DNA of 43,550 nt from a virus. The position numbers were made by a program, and so were the translations under genes. Location: UHGV virus genome UHGV-0212646; one strand, written 5' to 3'. The notes below the pieces were generated by a model, which saw nothing but the letters and a program-made list of their open reading frames with translations, was not told the origin of the DNA and made no database searches. Below are positions 41,640 through 43,550 of the stretch, piece by piece. Each line of letters begins with the position of its first letter. Within the stretch, counting starts at the first letter, position 1.

Positions 41640-42291
41640 TCTTTGGCTCCTCCCTCTTTTTCGTATAACTTCAACTTTTCCATGCAGTCCTTATACTGCT
41701 CTGTATCCATATCCGTAATTGCAGTCAACTTATACATGGAAAGGATTTTATCCATCTTAAGGCCCTTGGCACTGTAACGTTCTGTCATAGACTGCAACGT
41801 ACGTATCATAGCTTCCGTAACCTTTCCTGCCTGTCCCTGGACTTTCCGTGTGTCATTTTTCCTGCTGCCCTTAGATGTCCCTTTCCCCGTTCCCCCGGAG
41901 GCATTATTCTGATTATCTGCATCCTTTACATCATCAATACAAAACAGGCCATTCAGTGCATATTTCCTGGCATAGCTGCTCGTACTGCCAGTAACCTGTG
42001 AAACGTCCATACCTTTTTTTCCTGTTCTTCACGGGCATATGCCGTATTTTCCACAGTTTCTCCAGATTCGCAGTCTATGAACCTAGCAGTGGCCTTTATG
42101 TAATACCGATCTCCAATCAATACTAACTCATCCCCCACCACCAGCGCCGCCTTCACTGCTTTCAGGAGCGGCTTCACTGCCTCCTGGATATCTTCACAAT
42201 TCCGATAATTATAACCGCCAAATTTGTTGTACTGGTTCTTGGGAGCCTTCAAATCGGATTGTACCTGCTGCAGTTTCTCATGTATGTTCAT
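41636..42291 (-). CDS. ERF-family single-strand annealing protein, split by a frameshift at an A7G tract (N part 41953..42291, C part 41636..42010)
   Basis: N part: LQQVQSDLKAPKNQYNKFGGYNYRNCEDIQEAVKPLL. C part: TGSTSSYARKYALNGLFCIDD. A -1 slip on A_AAA_AAG joins them in frame. Confidence 0.6.
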
Positions 42292-42506
42292 TCCATATCC
42301 TCCTCAATCTTAATGATTGTGTCATTGGACGCATATTTAATCATGCTGGATGCCAGTTCCTTTACTGACAGGCTTCCCCGCGCTTCACGGAGGAGCCGCT
42401 CCAGGGTATCCGCCGCTTCTGAGTTGATCTTTATCACTGCATCCCCGTGTACATCCCGATTGATTTTCACGCCCTTGGGCTTCCTGACCATAATCACGTT
42501 AGGCAT
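42288..42506 (-). CDS. hypothetical early protein
   Basis: ORF with a 4-nt overlap to its neighbours. Confidence 0.4.
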   Translation of the reverse strand: MPNVIMVRKPKGVKINRDVHGDAVIKINSEAADTLERLLREARGSLSVKELASSMIKYASNDTIIKIEEDME

Positions 42507-42699
42507 TTTCCACTACCTCCACAATCTCTTCCGGCTCCAACGCCAGGGTTGTATATATGCTGCCTGCGTGGCAGTCCACATTGATATATCTTCCATCCGG
42601 TTTTACCGCATCTATCTGGAACTTAACCCAGTTCCCGTAATCACCATACTCCACCCGGATCGTCTGCCCTGAGATCAGTTCTTTTGCCTTTACTTTCAT
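42499..42699 (-). CDS. hypothetical early protein
   Basis: ORF. Confidence 0.4.
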   Translation of the reverse strand: MKVKAKELISGQTIRVEYGDYGNWVKFQIDAVKPDGRYINVDCHAGSIYTTLALEPEEIVEVVENA

Positions 42700-42893
42700 T
42701 CTGCTTTTCCTCCCTGTTCGTTGTCTTTATTCTCAGCCAGTTCAAAGCCCAGCGCCGCCGCAACCACTTCACGGTCAACGAAATACTTGCTTGCCTGGAT
42801 AATCCCTGCCAGCGCATTGACCCGGCCCATAAGCATCAGGGCCTCCTCATACTGATTTTCAGCGCAAAATACATCATTTTTTCGATTTGCCAT
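42696..42893 (-). CDS. hypothetical early protein (start taken at internal ATG)
   Basis: Avoids a 50-nt overlap with the upstream gene. Confidence 0.35.
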   Translation of the reverse strand: MANRKNDVFCAENQYEEALMLMGRVNALAGIIQASKYFVDREVVAAALGFELAENKDNEQGGKAE

Positions 42894-42906
42894 CTTGTTT
42901 CCTCGC

Positions 42907-43263
42907 TCATTCTCCCTTATAATAAGGGTGGATTGTATTTGTTTTGGACCCGTCACAGTTCCCGCTGTGCAGGTCCTTTTTCAGTTGCTTAAGATCCTTG
43001 AACAGCTTGTCCATCTGGCCTGGGCTGTCCAGATATGCATCAAGGTACTTACCTACATCCATACCAGGCTCCCAGCCAGTCGCATAAGTTTCCACCGTCA
43101 CCCCTGCGACATGACCGTTAAAAAGAAAGAACGCTGTAGGGTGATCCCCTGTAAGCTCCCGCTTACTTTCCTGCAGCCCGTTGATCTGCAAGCACAGATC
43201 CAAGGCCTCACATATCTGCTGCCTCCTGCGTTTCTCTGCCTTACGCTTCAATCTCTGATTCAT
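42907..43263 (-). CDS. hypothetical early protein
   Basis: ORF. Confidence 0.4.
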   Translation of the reverse strand: MNQRLKRKAEKRRRQQICEALDLCLQINGLQESKRELTGDHPTAFFLFNGHVAGVTVETYATGWEPGMDVGKYLDAYLDSPGQMDKLFKDLKQLKKDLHSGNCDGSKTNTIHPYYKGE

Positions 43264-43279
43264 CCTTCCTCACCTCCCT

Positions 43280-43501
43280 TCACAGCGCGATCACGCCATA
43301 TGCCACCAGAAACAGCACCACTGATTCCGCTCCCAGCAGGAACGCCATCGCCGTGGCCAGGTTCCACGCCCAGCGGTTATCCTGGCGGTATCTCTGAAGC
43401 TCATCCCCTACCAGGCCGCCCAGTGCCAGGATGTCGTCATATTCCTCCGGGGTGATGGTGATGGGGGCCTCTGGCTGGGGGTTATGTTTGATTACTTCCA
43501 T
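43280..43501 (-). CDS. hypothetical protein with a C-terminal TM helix
   Basis: AAAGGA SD. AFLLGAESVVLFLVAYGVIAL. Confidence 0.4.
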   Translation of the reverse strand: MEVIKHNPQPEAPITITPEEYDDILALGGLVGDELQRYRQDNRWAWNLATAMAFLLGAESVVLFLVAYGVIAL

Positions 43502-43550
43502 AGCTTGTCCTTTCTGACCGCTCTCAGGCGGTCTTAGCCTTTTTTCTCAT

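Noticed and set aside
1-43550. CRISPR arrays, rRNA genes, additional tRNAs
   Set aside because: No direct-repeat/spacer periodicity and no rRNA-like conserved blocks were seen. Only one cloverleaf (tRNA-Asn) could be folded by hand.

Overview
The whole 43.5-kb window is temperate-phage DNA of a low-GC Gram-positive (Clostridia-like) host. Signals supporting this are GGAGGTG-type Shine-Dalgarno sites, frequent GTG/TTG starts, choline-binding-type cell-wall-binding repeats in the lysin, and a PBSX-like contractile tail module combined with an SPP1-like head module. No host backbone and no integration junction are visible in the window.

On the minus strand, reading from high to low coordinates:
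- Early/replication genes: hypotheticals, an ERF annealing protein interrupted by a frameshift, SSB, an ERCC4 nuclease, a CHC2 primase zinc finger, a DUF927 primase-helicase and an iteron-type origin.
- Small genes including DUF551 and a Gp37/Gp68-family protein.
- A late activator, tRNA-Asn, an AT-rich ParA-like moron, TerS, TerL, portal, a minor-head protein fused to an ADP-ribosyltransferase domain, scaffold, capsid, connectors, sheath and tube.
- An inserted accessory block: a SHOCT moron, an IS110-family IS, two tandem RHH genes each paired with a convergent sRNA, an AntA/KilAC antirepressor and a small regulator, closed off by a terminator.
- A tail chaperone with a -1 frameshift, tape measure, LysM protein, baseplate genes, a tail fibre with a convergent promoterless alternative C-terminal cassette, XkdW-like protein, XhlA, holin, endolysin and Rha.

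On the plus strand a large serine recombinase (5168-6646) sits between the lysis module and an AT-rich accessory/lysogeny region (1-5000). That region holds a toxin-first RelE operon, a bPH-like membrane-protein moron, an XRE repressor with a face-to-face divergent promoter, two membrane-anchored coiled-coil proteins with duplicated promoters, and a Bro-N/KilAC antirepressor.

Most notable: two diverged copies of a par/Fst-like type I toxin-antitoxin architecture bracket the Rha-endolysin cassette. Each has a 28-aa hydrophobic peptide gene, a 5'UTR that can sequester the SD, and a convergent sRNA from a near-consensus promoter. Each pair shares a bidirectional terminator that shows compensatory base changes between the copies, and each has internal direct repeats that give start-codon complementarity. 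Second is a Mu G-segment-like tail-fibre C-terminus switching geometry with no adjacent invertase. No CRISPR array or rRNA is present.
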